A stretch of DNA of 64,000 nucleotides. Origin: Octopus vulgaris (Eukaryota). Positions within the stretch are counted from its first letter, which is position 1, and each line of letters begins with the position of its first letter. The position numbers were made by a program, and so were the translations under genes. Under the pieces are notes generated by a model. It saw nothing but the letters and a program-made list of their open reading frames with translations. It was not told the DNA's origin and did not search any database. The stretch is from positions 25,978,001 through 26,042,000 of the forward strand of contig OX597826.1 in assembly GCA_951406725.2 (NCBI GenBank), given 5' to 3'. This document shows positions 27,922 through 62,682 of this stretch, piece by piece.

Positions 27922-28331
27922 TGTATTAAGAAATACATACACACATGCACATATATATATATACATACATATATATATATATATGCATATATATATATAT
28001 GCAGATATATATATGTATATATGTATGTATGTATCTGTGTATGTGTGTGTGTGTGTATTTATACATATGACTGTAAGACATATATTTTATTCCATTCATT
28101 TTGTTTTAATTTACAGATCACTATGATGAACGCGAGGTTGATATCCGTTTTGGCTACTTTAAGTTCGAGTTAGAATTGAAGCTGCGTTTTATTTCCAGCG
28201 AAGGAATCGTGATGTGTTTCAAAGCTGATTATAAAACCCATACTTATAAATTCGACAATTTAGTTGGTTGTACAATAACCTGTTTTAAGAACAGTGGATG
28301 TAATAGATCACCATCTATGTCAATAGTATAA
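22225..28331 (+). CDS. Gene B: secreted Cys-rich protein, 196 aa (signal peptide + acidic pro-like region + DUF4773-like domain); exons 22225-22312, 25071-25271, 27047-27133, 28117-28331
   Basis: Canonical GT-AG introns, all phase 1, 591 nt open frame: [196 protein letters not shown]. Colinear with paralogs C and D; TATA box upstream and AATAAA downstream. Confidence 0.9.
25071..25271 (+). CDS. Gene B exon 2 (acidic region + CxWx6CC)
   Basis: ttttcag|...|gtatgt; homologous to 37439-37642. Confidence 0.9.
26093..26319 (+). mobile_element. SINE family B
   Basis: gagctggcagaaacgttagc head; TSD-like gaaatatgtacataca on both sides. Confidence 0.85.
27047..27133 (+). CDS. Gene B exon 3
   Basis: ttttcag|...|gtaagt; homologous to 41479-41562. 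Confidence 0.9.
28117..28331 (+). CDS. Gene B exon 4
   Basis: tttacag acceptor; TAA 28329-28331; homologous to 43635-43807. Confidence 0.9.
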
Positions 28332-28531
28332 ATATCAATTCAAATTGCATGGTAGACATGTAAAGTTTTTATACTCCATTGTATAAGGCAGAAGATTGGG
28401 GCATTTTTCAAATATACAAAATAAAGTAAAGTAAACGGAAGACAAAATCAAATATTAGCTTCGATGATAAATATATTCAGTTTAAAGACATTTTCTTGAG
28501 ATTAATTGTAAAAGCCAACTGTAAAAACCGA

Positions 28532-28537
28532 AATAAA
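28532..28537 (+). terminator. Polyadenylation signal, gene B
   Basis: AATAAA in cgaaataaaga, conserved with gene C (44055); a second AATAAA lies at 28420. Confidence 0.6.
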
Positions 28538-28715
28538 GATATTTGAAAAGTGAAAAAATTTGTTAAGATTTATTGCTTTACCATTTGTTTAAAAAGTTCT
28601 CCCAATCGCTCCTCCAAAGCATACAAACAATTATATACATACATACGTACATACATACGTACATACATACATACCTACATACATATATACATACATACAT
28701 ACATACATACATACA

Positions 28716-28747
<32 letters not shown>

Positions 28748-28769
28748 CAAATCCGTGCATAGGTGAGAT

Positions 28770-29230
28770 CTCATAAGGTTGTATGGAGGAAGTATATAGG
28801 ACGCACAAGAACTACCCCCAATGGTTATCAACTGAAACTATTCTTTTCTTCCCACAAAATATCCAAACCACCCTTGCTAAAAATTACTGCCCAATAGCCT
28901 GCCAAAATATCACATGCAATTTATGCACAGAGTCTGATAGCCTTCTCTACCAAAAAGGTATCTTTCAGGGTGATAGCCTGCACGTGTTTCTCTTCGTCTT
29001 CTCATTAAGCTCACTTTCATACCTGCTCACGTAGTGACCATAGAAATAGATTCAGAAGTAGCTCACATTTTTCTTTGTCAAGGAGCTGAGAAATGTATGT
29101 GTCAAACACCAACCACTTAACAGAACAATTGGACCATATTACCGAATACCCTCCAGATACTGGAAGGAGATTTTGTGGGTCCAAATGTGAAATTTTGATA
29201 ATAAAACATGGAAAAGCTGTACCCTGCAAA
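28770..29230 (+). mobile_element. Old R4/Dong-like RT fragments
   Basis: PQWLS..T..NYCPIAC and KGIFQGDSL motifs. Confidence 0.55.
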
Positions 29231-29382
29231 TGGTGTATGTCCACTTTGACCGAACTAAAGATCTATGTTTCTCGAATCCTTATATTGATAGTGCATTCAG
29301 TGTTGCCAGAATGTTCTAGAAATAAATATAGAGGCATGTTTACATGCTGCTTTGCTGTCCAAACGCTGTTCAACACCCTGTG

Positions 29383-29446
<64 letters not shown>

Positions 29447-30414
29447 TCACAATTTAGATTAGTTGAAATACGTTTCCACTGCTAATATACACACTCACAT
29501 TAAATAGTATAATTACTTTAAAAACATTAATTCAGGTTACAACTTCATATATAAATATTATTTTTAAAACATCAATGTTCTGGCCACAGAACCAAAGTTT
29601 GAAGAGACTAATAATAATATTCTTTGCTTTCTTGACCAAAGCAACTAGGAAATAACATTAATAATCGAAGACAAACAAAAGTCTGTAATGTGTCACATAA
29701 TGTAATTTGGGTCACGCGCAAAGCAGCTCTATTGCTTCGGTTGAAGGTACCTGACCTGCCTTATTCCCGTTCACAAGCTAAGGAAATAACCAAAATTGTC
29801 CTGTGTCCTGTATTTGAACAATATAGAAAAATGCATGTGTATCGAATGATACGCAACAGATATTCTTTGTTTATGAAAGATGACTCCGCCTCGTCAGTGT
29901 GTACCATAATTACGAAACGGCAATCATGTGTTGTTTCAATTGAAAAGGGGAAATAAGTGCAAGGATTTTCCAAAGTTGTCAACCAATAAGAAAAAGGTAT
30001 TTATATAGATTTGTGTGTGTGTTCATGTTCATAAACACACACACACACACACACACATACATACATACATTCACACACACACATGCATGCATGCATACAT
30101 ACACACATATATATATATATGTATGTATATACGTATATATATATGTGTGTGTATGTATATATATATGTGTATATAGATATGTATGCATGTGTATATATTC
30201 TTTTATTCTTTTACTTGTTTCAGTCATTTGACTGCGGCTATGCTGGAGCACCGCCTTTAGTCGAACAAATCGACTCCCCGGACTTAATCTTTGTAAGCGT
30301 AGTATTTATTCTATCGGTCTCTTTTGCCGAACTGATAATGTTACGGGGTGTAAACACACCATCGTCGCTTGTCAAGCGATGGTGCGGGAACAAATACTGA
30401 CTCACAAATACATA

Positions 30415-30480
<66 letters not shown>

Positions 30481-30533
30481 ACACAGACACAGACACACAC
30501 ACAGACATACACACACAGACACACACACACACA

Positions 30534-30622
<89 letters not shown>

Positions 30623-31054
30623 TTCAGAGAATTATGTATACCCCTAAAAGGTTTCAGTAAAGTTGCCATTACTCTGATAATAATCGAAGGAAATCAAACG
30701 AAATTTAAACTGAATAAAATATATTATACATGCGAACATTATAGGATGCCAGTTAATTAATGAAGGAAGGCATATTAGCGTAAACACAGTTACCAAAGTA
30801 ATTCAAAAGTACAAAGCTATTGGATGTCTAAGCAATAAACATCGTTCAGGACGGCCTTCTATTTAAAATAGCGGATCCATATACGCCACATCTAACGTTA
30901 CCTGATGGATGACAGGCATCGTACCGCTTTATCTTTGGCCCAAGAATTGTCTTCTATTAGTGGAGAGAGTGAAGCCACCCAAACAGTTCGTCGAAATTTG
31001 AACCAGTGTGGTCTTCATGGACGCATTCTTCGTATAAAGACTCTCCTCACTACC

Positions 31055-31436
31055 AGGCGTAGGAGTGGCTATGTGGTAAGTGGCTTGCTTACGAACCACA
31101 TGGTTCCGGGTTCAGTCCCACTGCGTGTCACCTTGGGCAAGTGTCTTCTACTATAGCCTCGGACCGACCAAAGCCTTGTGAGTGGATTTGGTAGATGGAA
31201 ACTGAAAGAAGCCCGTCGTATATATGTATGTGTGTATATGTTTGTGTGTCTGTGTTTGTTCCCCCAACATCGCTGGTATGTTTACGTCCTCGTAACTTAG
31301 CGGTTCGGCCAAAGAGATCGATAGAATAAGTACTAGGCTTACAAAGAATAAGTCCCGGGGTCGAATTGCTCGACTAAAAGGCGGTGCTCGAGCATGGCCG
31401 CAGTCAAATGACTGAAACAAGTAAAAGAGTAAAGAG
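31055..31436 (+). mobile_element. SINE family A, full length, TSD taccaggc
   Basis: A/B-box-like head, internal (TG)n, (gtaaaaga)n tail; TSD at 31051 and 31437. Confidence 0.88.
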
Positions 31437-31610
31437 TACCAGGCATAAATCAAGTCGACATTCTTTTGTCGAAACCTTTATGAATAAATGCCGGGAGTTT
31501 TGGAAAAAAATGCTCTTTTTTCTAACGCGACTAAAATCAACTTGTTTCGGTCAGATGGTATTAAACGAGTATGACGACAACGATCAGATGAACATAATGG
31601 CGACAAATAA

Positions 31611-31840
31611 GGCGGCGAGCTGGCAGAATCGTTAGCACGTCGGGCGAAATGCGTAGCCGCATTGCGTCTGCCGTTACGTTCTGAGTTCAAATTCCGCCGA
31701 GGTCGATTTTGCCTCTCATCCTTTCGGGGTCGATAAATTAAGTACCAGTTACGCACTGATGTCGATGTAATCGACTTAATCCGTTTGCTTGTCCTTGTTT
31801 GTCCCCTCTATGTTTAGCCCCTTGTGTGTAGTAAAGAAAC
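31611..31840 (+). mobile_element. SINE family B inside the Tc1 relic
   Basis: Full-length match to family B. Confidence 0.85.
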
Positions 31841-32485
31841 AGGTAATAGCGAAAAATGTTTACCGTGAAAGACGGCGGCGGGTGTATTATGCTTCGGGAA
31901 TGAATGAGTGCGGCTGGTATGGAAGGACTCACATTTATTTTGAGAATACTGAATTTATCGTGAGATATTGCAGAAAACAATGTCGAAAAGCATCAAGGAA
32001 CTAGGTAGTCATGTCACGTTCTAATATGATAATGACCCTAAACACACGTCAAAGATGACGACTAAGTTTTCATCAGATAAGAAGGTAAGAGTATTGTTTT
32101 GACCTTCTATGTCACCTCATCACATATGAGGTGACACCTTCGATGTCCCCTCATATGTCAGCTTATTTCGGCTAAATTTGATCTCTCAACCTCAGAATAA
32201 TACTTCTAAGCATGTTGTTTCCTGTGTTGTATATGATTTTGTTTTAACTTTTCAGTTAGTATTTCAGGAAATGTATTAAACCATTAAAAACCTATCCTGA
32301 ATATTTCCTGCTTAAATTTGTTCTTGATGCTTTGTATTGTAATTCAAACAGCAACATATATCCACTTGTAGGCCACTTGAATAAATTCAGGAGATTCCAT
32401 TTATATATTACCCGTTGGTGTCCCTTCTGCTAGAATTTCTTTGTCATTGTCGGACGATCCCGCGACGAAAACCGAAATTATTTCT

Positions 32486-43807
<11,322 letters not shown>

Positions 43808-44054
43808 AACGGTCGACGTGGCGGACCAATTTCCATGTCAATAACGCAAATATTAATTCAATGGCTACCTTGAAGATTTGAGAGCTTCATATTCAGTTGT
43901 ATAAAACCAACAAGAGAACTATTTTTAGATTGACAAAAAAAAAAAAACCAACTTATTAATCGGAAGACAAAAATAGATATTGGGTTCGTTGATAAATATA
44001 TTAAGTTTAAAGATATTTTTGCCATTAATTGTAACAGACAACTGTAAAAAGCGA

Positions 44055-44060
44055 AATAAA
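44055..44060 (+). terminator. Polyadenylation signal, gene C
   Basis: AATAAA at the end of the 3'UTR block conserved with gene B. Confidence 0.6.
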
Positions 44061-44216
44061 GAAAATTGAAGAATGAAAAATTCTATTGTTATTAAGATTT
44101 ATTGTTTCCCCAATCGTTCCCTAAACACATATAATGAACGTATACATACATACACACATGCACACATACGTGAGTGCGCGCGTGTGTATATATATATATA
44201 TTTGTATGTATGTAAG

Positions 44217-44340
<124 letters not shown>

Positions 44341-44937
44341 AATACACACACACACGCACACATATATAATCAAAATAAGCAACAGGATATCAAACTGTAC
44401 TACAGTTTCATGCGGCTCAATTTAATTGAACAATACAATCATCGCACAAATTTAAATGCAGGGCTATCCCCAGTTGCATAAATAAATAGAATTTTTTTTA
44501 TCCGTTGGACACATTAATATAATTTTACTCAATTGCACTAATAGAGCAAGAATAGGGAAAGAGCCCATGTTGACACTAATGTAGCTAAGAATATACTACA
44601 CTTGTAAGAACTGTATGAAGTTTTGGGGAAGGGGTCATAGTTTGTAAATAATAACAGATTAGGCCTAACGGTATTATGCGTACATAGAGTACATTCAAAT
44701 ATTTTCGAAATTAGCGTTTTTAAGGTGCTATACTTGGGAAATTAATGTTTAGTGTCATATCTGATGTGAACTTAACTCCTAGTATTATAAATAATAAAAT
44801 CATGGGATATTGAGATATATAATGTATATCTCATATGGTATAGTAGTTACTATGAATAATCCTGCCCAGTTAGACTGACTTCATCATGGTGATTAAACTA
44901 TTCCTTTCTATGATGTTCTACCATACTAATCATATAT

Positions 44938-45163
44938 ATTTTGAAAACAATAATAAATCTCTGGGCGAGATATAAACAGTAACTGCTCTATAACATAAGA
45001 GGGATCAGCCATCTGAATGTGGCTAGGGTCAGGGCGGGTTGGTGGGTGTGTTACTGACACCACCCCGCCCTGACCCTAGCCACATTCAGATGGCTGATCC
45101 CTCTTATGTTATAGAGCAGTTACTGTTTATATCTCGCCCAGAGATTTATTATAGTTTTCGAAC
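44938..45163. repeat. Near-perfect hairpin, arms ~100 bp
   Basis: taataaatctctgggcgag...agggcggg / cccgccct...ctcgcccagagatttatta. Confidence 0.9.
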
Positions 45164-45967
45164 AGATTTTCTACGCCAGTGACTGTGGTTACTGTGAAAA
45201 TCTATATATATCCAGCCTGCGGAGGAAGTCCCTCAACGAAGAGCGGCGCTTACCATACGCTGACAAGAGGCAATAACCTCGAAACCGGTCCGTGTGTAGT
45301 ATCCGTATCTTCGGGGAGGCTGATCTCCCTTTGCTGGCTGGCAAGGACACCGAGATGGTGTCAGCTCTTCTGGTGACGTCGATGTTCGCCTGGGGCTAAA
45401 TGCATCAGTAACACCCCCACCACCCCGCCCTGACCCTAGCCACATTCAGATGGCTGATCCCTCTTATGTCATATATATTTTGTAATGGCTTTTAGGTAAG
45501 TAAGCCTCCTAATTATATACCCTTGTGAAACTATAAAATCATGTATGTAATAGCAAAGAACAAAAGTAACTTTATAACTTATTAAATACTCCTTCGGTCT
45601 GAATACCTCTTACTGCCCTCACTACTAGTATACCTATTGCTTTATCTGCGGACTTATCTTTATCTCTTCCCTACTTCAAATTTTAATACGCTGTCTCTTT
45701 AAAATGTATGTTATATATATATTTTCTTACTATTCTCTATAATCTGTTATTTTGTTTTCTTATTTTGATACATTTACCTATTAACCTCTTATCCTTTATA
45801 AGATGTTAATATTCTTAAATAGAGTTATAAACTTTCCAGTGAGAGGTGATTATAACATACCCATAATAAAGTACAAATATTTGTGTTTATTTGCATGTGA
45901 GTACATAGTTAAATATGTGTATGTATCTGTGCACAACTTATTTTTCCCCCGATTTTTTCCTGATTTT

Positions 45968-46183
45968 ACTCTTTTACTTGTTCCAGTCATTTGACTGCGG
46001 CCATGCTGGAGCACCGCCTTTAGTCGAGCATATCGACCCCGGGACTTATTCTTTGTAAGCCCAGTACTTATTCTATCGGTCTCTATTGCCGAACCGCTAA
46101 GTTACGGGGACGTAAACACACCAGCATCGGTTGTCAAGCGATGGTGGGGGACAAACACAGACACACAAACATATACACACATC

Positions 46184-46229
<46 letters not shown>

Positions 46230-46396
46230 CATACATATATTCGACAGGCTTCTTTCAGTTTTCGTCTACCAAATCCGCACACAAGGCATTGGTCGGCCCG
46301 AGGCTATAGCAGAAGACACTTGCCCAAGATGCCACGATGAGCCCGGAACCATGTGGTTGGTAAGCAAGCTACTTACCACACAGCCACTCCTGCGCC
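45968..46396 (-). mobile_element. SINE family A
   Basis: Reverse-complement match to family A. Confidence 0.85.
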
Positions 46397-47915
46397 TTAT
46401 AATTAGCTTATAATTAATATATAGATAGCATGATTTATCGCCCCAGTATTCCATAAGTAAATCCCCTGAGCAGTCTTTATAGAAACCACCTAATAAGTAA
46501 ATAATTAAGTACATAAATGAATATTAAACTAATTATATGTAATCTTCCCTTTCTAATGTTAATAATTGGTATATATACACATTTTATCTATTCTGGTTAT
46601 AATATCATTTTTAATAATCTTAAATTTTATCTTTATACGACATAACAATATTGTTTATATACAATCACCCATAGTACCCCATGATAATTTTCTCTGTATT
46701 AACATCATAGGTTTTATTAGCGCCTTGCCCCTTTAACTAGTAATTAACATCTTGGTTTGGGGTCTTTCCATAACCAACATCCTTTATAGACAGTTACTTT
46801 ATACTAATCCTAAAATCCTGACAATATTTATGACCATACCTCGCCATGAGCTGTCAACTCACTCCTTCCCTCCATTCTAAACAGACACAGCCATCTAGTC
46901 TTAGATTTGATAGTTGATAATAAGACTGTTATTAAAAATGAACCATAATCCTTTACAAGCTTTGACTCCAACAAATTTCATACATTTCTTGGAAGTGTAG
47001 TATATTCTTAGCTACATTAGTGGCAACATGGACTCTTTTTGTCTTCTTGCTCTACTTGAGTGTTTGAGTAAAATTATATTAATGTATCCGACTGATTAAA
47101 AATTTTATTTATTTATTTAAGCAGCTGAGGGTATTTGAGGATAGATTTATGTTTATATAAAAAAAACCCAGATATATAATAACAGATAATAACTTTGTCA
47201 AAAAGTGCTACGAGGATAAAAACAATCCTTTTCTATAATGTTATTCAATAAACCCACCTTCGGCTTCAACAACTGCTTCTCTACGAGAAACATCCTTTAC
47301 GATGTCGTCGATGTGATAACGACGAGGACGTGCTGGACACGCTGCATGGATACCTGTGCGATCAACCGAAAAACTTATGAATAATCAAATATGTGGATCT
47401 CTGAAAGAAGTACATCGACAAGCAAGCACACAATGTCGGAAATGATGTAATTGTTCAACGCTTGTTTATGTTCTCATAAATTACAGAAATAAAGGTTCGT
47501 GTAATGCGCGACGGATAATGTTGTACAAATGAGTTGCTGGAGGCAATTAAGGAGGAAAAGAAAGAACGATGGGCGAGGGCGAAGTGGGAGAAAAAGATGG
47601 ATCATAAGTTTTGAAGTTTCTCTCGGTTAACAACTGTCTTTTTGGCTTTGAGATGTTGAAAATAAGTAGAATAAAACAATAATTGTCAGAGTGAGAGATG
47701 TTTCAATTCTTGACAAGGGAATACAGAGTAGAGTTTTTCCATAGATCATGACATATCCGTATAGTAAGTTAAATCATTGGACAAACACCATGGATCATAG
47801 TCGAATGGGTTATGCGTTCATTGTAATATCAATGTATACATTAGCTTTGTTTTCATTCAGATATATTAATGACCATATATAGTTTGTTGTCACTAAGTTC
47901 AAATCATATTTACTT

Positions 47916-55275
<7,360 letters not shown>

Positions 55276-55385
55276 AGCGTCGGTTTTCTTTCTTCAAAAT
55301 TCGACTCGAGTCCTTCAAGGGAATTTAATAACAAAATGGTATCTCGTTGCTAATATAAATATGTAATTATGCATTTGATATGTGC

Positions 55386-55392
55386 ATTTATA
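55386..55392 (-). promoter_or_regulatory. TATA box of gene D
   Basis: TATAAAT on the minus strand 117 nt upstream of the ATG, similar spacing to gene B. Confidence 0.6.
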
Positions 55393-56327
55393 TTCGTTAA
55401 TATATTGTGATTTGAGTTATGAAATATTGACATGGAAGACTATCAGAAGCAACTGAAACCAGGATGTTTACGATAATTTCATAGGAAACCACTTGAAATC
55501 TCTTTCCGTTGTTTGTCGAATTCCGTTTTACATTCATGTTTCTTATATTTCATGTTATATTTCATTTATTCCATTTTTTCTCCGCAGAAGGGAGAGCAGC
55601 GCCCCTGATATTCTGAAAGGGGCTCTTTCTGAAACATACGAAGTTTTCTTGAAAGCGACGACCTAGCAAGAATGCTTCTAACATTATGCCCTCTGATGAA
55701 ATTACCCAAAGTAACAGAGGATGGTATGTTAAACTAAATGGAGGATTAAGTCTACCGACCGACTAGGACACATCGATATTTGAACTAAGAACGCAATGGA
55801 TCGTGTGCCGCTTTCTTGCATTTCAACCAATTCTTTGCTCAGGATTGGTACTTTTTATATCGATCTCCAAAGACGTAAAGGTCCGGTTGTCCTTGTGGAA
55901 TTTGAACTCAGACTGTAGAACGTTCAGACAAGTACGGGAAAGCAATCAATGCTACGTTCTGACAAAATTCCACCCGGCTTCCGCCCATTATTTATACTCT
56001 CTAAACAATTAATGAAAGACTGAAAGACAAACGAGACCTCAGTGGAATTCGAACAAGAGGAAAATTACATACACACATGCATACATATTTACACACACAT
56101 AGACACACACACGCACACACGCGCGTTCGGATATATGTCTATATGTATGTGTTGAGCGGTAGAGAGAGAATAGTCTTTTTCCAGAAATTGGTTGAATGTG
56201 ACCTCGAAGACCTGAGGCGTCATTTATTCCACATGACGACTGGGTAAGGTGGTTTGGACTCTAACGGTTTGATACGGCCAACTGGACATTTCCCCTGTTT
56301 TGGCGACTTTAATCTCTGGCAATTGAG

Positions 56328-56405
<78 letters not shown>

Positions 56406-56691
56406 GCAATCACAGATAGAAAGACTGAAATTCCATCGCGATTACCATTAGCTTTTATATTTCATTATCAGTAAGTACATATCATAAGGCGGCGAGCTGA
56501 CAGCAACATTAGCCTGCAAGCCAAGGCCGGGCCAGCCAGACTGAGGATAGAAAACTCTGAATGATCCGTCCTTGTCTTTCCTTGTATCGTCTGTCTGGAT
56601 ATTTTGTTTTCCCATTTTTTGTTTCACCTAACTGTATAGATGTATTGCGTTCTTGTCCCATTTGTGTGTGTGTGTATATATATTATGAAAT

Positions 56692-56897
56692 ACGGCCGGG
56701 CGAAATGCGTAGCCGTATTTCGTCTGCCGTTTACGTTCTGGGTTCAAATTCCGCCGAGGTCCACTTTGCTTCTCATCCTTTCGGGGTCGATAAATTAAGT
56801 ACCAGTTACACACTGGGGTCGATGTAATCGACTTAATCCGTTTGTCTGTCCTTGTTTGTCCTCTCTGTGTTTAGCCCCTTGTGGGTAGTAAAGAAAT
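56692..56897 (+). mobile_element. SINE family B (head separated, at ~56488)
   Basis: Body match; the 5' head ggcggcgagctg lies ~200 bp upstream. Confidence 0.75.
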
Positions 56898-57246
56898 ATA
56901 TATATATTATGTGTACAAATTAATATTATTAAATAATATTAATTTCTACTCTTATTATTGAATTTCAAATATCTGTATATTCTCTAGCCAGTTGATTCAC
57001 TGCTGAATATCATTCATTTTAGTTATTTTCTGGCTTAGAGCGCTAGTACAATGGTGTTTGAATCGAAAGTAAAATACATGATATTGGAACTTTATGCATT
57101 CTTATCCTCTCGTGGAAACGGGCGGTGTCCAGTTCCATTATTGTATCAGCACTGATTTCACGGAAGAGACGCAGATAATTATTGAATTGTTCATATTGAA
57201 ACCTTAAGTAAAATCCGAAGCATTAATTAGAGGGAGATTAATTATA

Positions 57247-57862
57247 ATTTCAACAATTGAGGGTAAAATTAATTAATTATTAATCAATTTCACCAAGTGT
57301 TCAGTATGCAAAGGGACCATTTAAGGCGAATTCAAATTAATGCTTCGGATTTTACCGAAATAAGCATAGTGTTTGATGATTTTAACCCACGCTGGTGGAA
57401 AGGGGAGAACAGAAATTCTTCGCTTGCTTATTTGGGTTCGTTGGCACTGTTAGTTGCGAGCAGATCTTCGAAAGGGTATGTTCTTACTTTCAGTGTTTCC
57501 AAATCCAAACCAAGGAGTTTCTGAGCTGATGATAGAAGTGTTGTTTTGACTAATCTTGAAACGTACGTTCTCAAATAACCTTAGCATTTGATTTGTTGAT
57601 GTCCTTACCCCCAAACTTTTGTGAGTTGAATTAAGCAAACACTATATATGAGAGAGATTTTCTTTAAGTATTAGAAATAGCTTTAAAAAAGTTTTTTAGC
57701 TGCTATTTCTAATGAGTTCAGTATGCGGCAAAGTAATTTATTTTACTAAGCCCTTTTATATAATGTAATAATTTGAATTCGCCTTAAATGGTCCCTTTGC
57801 ATACTGAACACTTGGTGAAATTGATTAATAATTAATTAATTTTACCCTCAATTGTTGAAATA
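57247..57862. repeat. Inverted repeat, arms ~95 bp, of an AT-rich repeat family (possibly Penelope-related)
   Basis: 57247-57340 is the reverse complement of 57768-57862; related sequence at ~24100-24180 and 58010-58218. Confidence 0.85.
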
Positions 57863-58214
57863 TATATATATATATATATGTAGGTGCGTGAGTGTGTGTG
57901 TGTGTGTGTATATATGTATATATGTATGTATGTATAATTGTATATATGTGTGTATGCATATGTATGTGTATATGTATGTGTGTATGTATGTGTATGTATG
58001 TATAAAATATTATATAATTAGGGCTTAGTAAAATAAATTACTTTGCCACATACTGAACTTTCTAGAAATAGCAGCCAAAAAAGTTTTTTAGCCTCTTCCA
58101 CTACTTAGAGAATATTTTCCCTCAGACATTGTTTACTCAAAAAAATAATGGTCCTTTTACATACTGAATACTTGGTGAAATTGATTAATAACTAATTAAC
58201 TTTACCCTCAATTG

Positions 58215-60780
<2,566 letters not shown>

Positions 60781-61151
60781 GTGAGAATCTCCTTATTTAC
60801 CTAAAACTCTATTCCCCTTTTTTTATATATATATATTTTTTTATTTTTTTATTTTTTAATTTTTTATTTATTCTTCTATCTAATTTAACACTGACTCCTT
60901 GACCACTCCCCCAAGTATGATATTTTGCGCTATGCCTACCCCCAAAAAGTCCCCCACCAACACCCCTTTAAACCTGCCTAAATGTATATATAAATGCCAA
61001 TACAATTCTTGTTAACTAGCTTCCTGAAGATTTCTCTTGAATGAAACAGTTCTAGTCCTGTAGAAGCTCCTTCTATATGATAAATTAATTTTACTCTGCT
61101 ATGTATTGAGTACCTTATTTACTGTGGTTAACCCCGAATCAACCCGGGACC

Positions 61152-61194
<43 letters not shown>

Positions 61195-61541
61195 AGTGAG
61201 AATTTACACCCCCCCACCAAAAAAAAAAAAAAAAGAGGAAGTCGAGTGTGTAAACAACAAACAGATGTATTAGTTTAACGCTCGGGAAGTGAGAAAGTCT
61301 TTTACCTTTCGAGCCTACGCTCTTCCACAGAAAGGAACGCAGAAGTGAAAAGCAGAAATTACAAAAAATTTAGAAAATTTCAAAAGGTTCAAACGTCGTG
61401 GTGTATTCGAGCGATTTCTTATCAAAGGAAGAATCCAGTGTAATCCATAGGTAGGAGAGGTGCAGCCGAAGTATAGGAGTCCAGGTGTAGGAGAGTAGAA
61501 GCAATATATATATATATATATATACATATAGATATATATAT

Positions 61542-61640
<99 letters not shown>

Positions 61641-62313
61641 AATATATATATGTGTGTGTGTGTGAGTAAAGGAGCACTCCGTCGGTTATTACGACGAGGG
61701 TCCCAGCTGATGCGATCAACGGAACTGCTTGCTCGTGAAATTAACGTGTAAGTGGCTGAGCATTCGACAGACACGTGTGACCTTTAACGCAGTTCTCAAA
61801 GAGATTCAGCGTGACACAGAGTGTGACAAGGGTGACCCTTTTAGATATAGAGTTACTCCTCATTTTTGCCAGCTGAGTGGACTGGTTGCAACGTGAAATG
61901 AAGTGTACAAAGTGTCTTGCTCAAGGACACAACGGGTCGCCAGGGATTGAAACTATGACCTTACGATCGTGAGACAAATATCTCAATCACTAAACCACGC
62001 ACCTTCACGTATGTGTGTGTATGTGTGTGTGTGTGAACAGGAAGTTTTGTATTATTTCTCTACCAATACACTTGCTTCTTTCACTTATTGAGATTACAAG
62101 ATTGTACATGTAGGATAAACATGCAAGAAATTTCTGGACAGACAACCACATGGTACTTTTGGATAAAGTATTTACGTACATACCTACATACATAAATACG
62201 TGCATGCGTACATACATATACATATATATCTTTCTCCCTCTCTCCCTCTCTGACTGTCTGACTGTCTCTGTCCGTCTGTCTGTCTCTCTCTCTATATACA
62301 TATATGTGTGTGT

Positions 62314-62364
<51 letters not shown>

Positions 62365-62368
62365 TGGT

Positions 62369-62682
62369 GGCGCAATAGCCCAGTGGTTAGGGCAGCGGAT
62401 TCGCGGTCGGAGGATCGCGGTTTCGATTCCCAGACCGGCCGTTGTGTGTGGTTATTGAACGAAAACACCTAAAGTTCCACGAGGGTCCGGCAGGGGGTGG
62501 TGGAGACCCCTGTTGTACTCTTTCGCCCCAACTTTCTCTTACTCTTTCTTCCTGTTTCTTGAGTAAAGCTGCGATGGACTGGCGTCCAGCTGGTGGTGGT
62601 GGTGGTGGGGGGAACACATACGCCACAGAAACCAGGAAACCGGGCCCATGAGCCTGGCTAGGCTTGAAAAGGGCGCATAAAT
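62369..62682 (+). mobile_element. tRNA(Arg)-like-headed SINE family C
   Basis: ggcgcaatagcccagtggttagggcagcggattcgcgg...gtttcgattcc head with TCG at the anticodon position; second copy at 63700. Confidence 0.8.

Larger units (their letters stand above)
30625..32115 (+). mobile_element. Degenerate Tc1 transposase, interrupted by two SINEs
   Basis: TVTKVIQKYK..HRSGRP, TVRRNL..CGLHGR, KINLFRSDG, DNDPKHTSK and PSMSP motifs. Confidence 0.8.

Noticed and set aside
62369-62445. tRNA-Arg(TCG)-like gene (also at 63700)
   Set aside because: Continues into a shared SINE body in both copies and the acceptor stem is poor; it is a SINE head.
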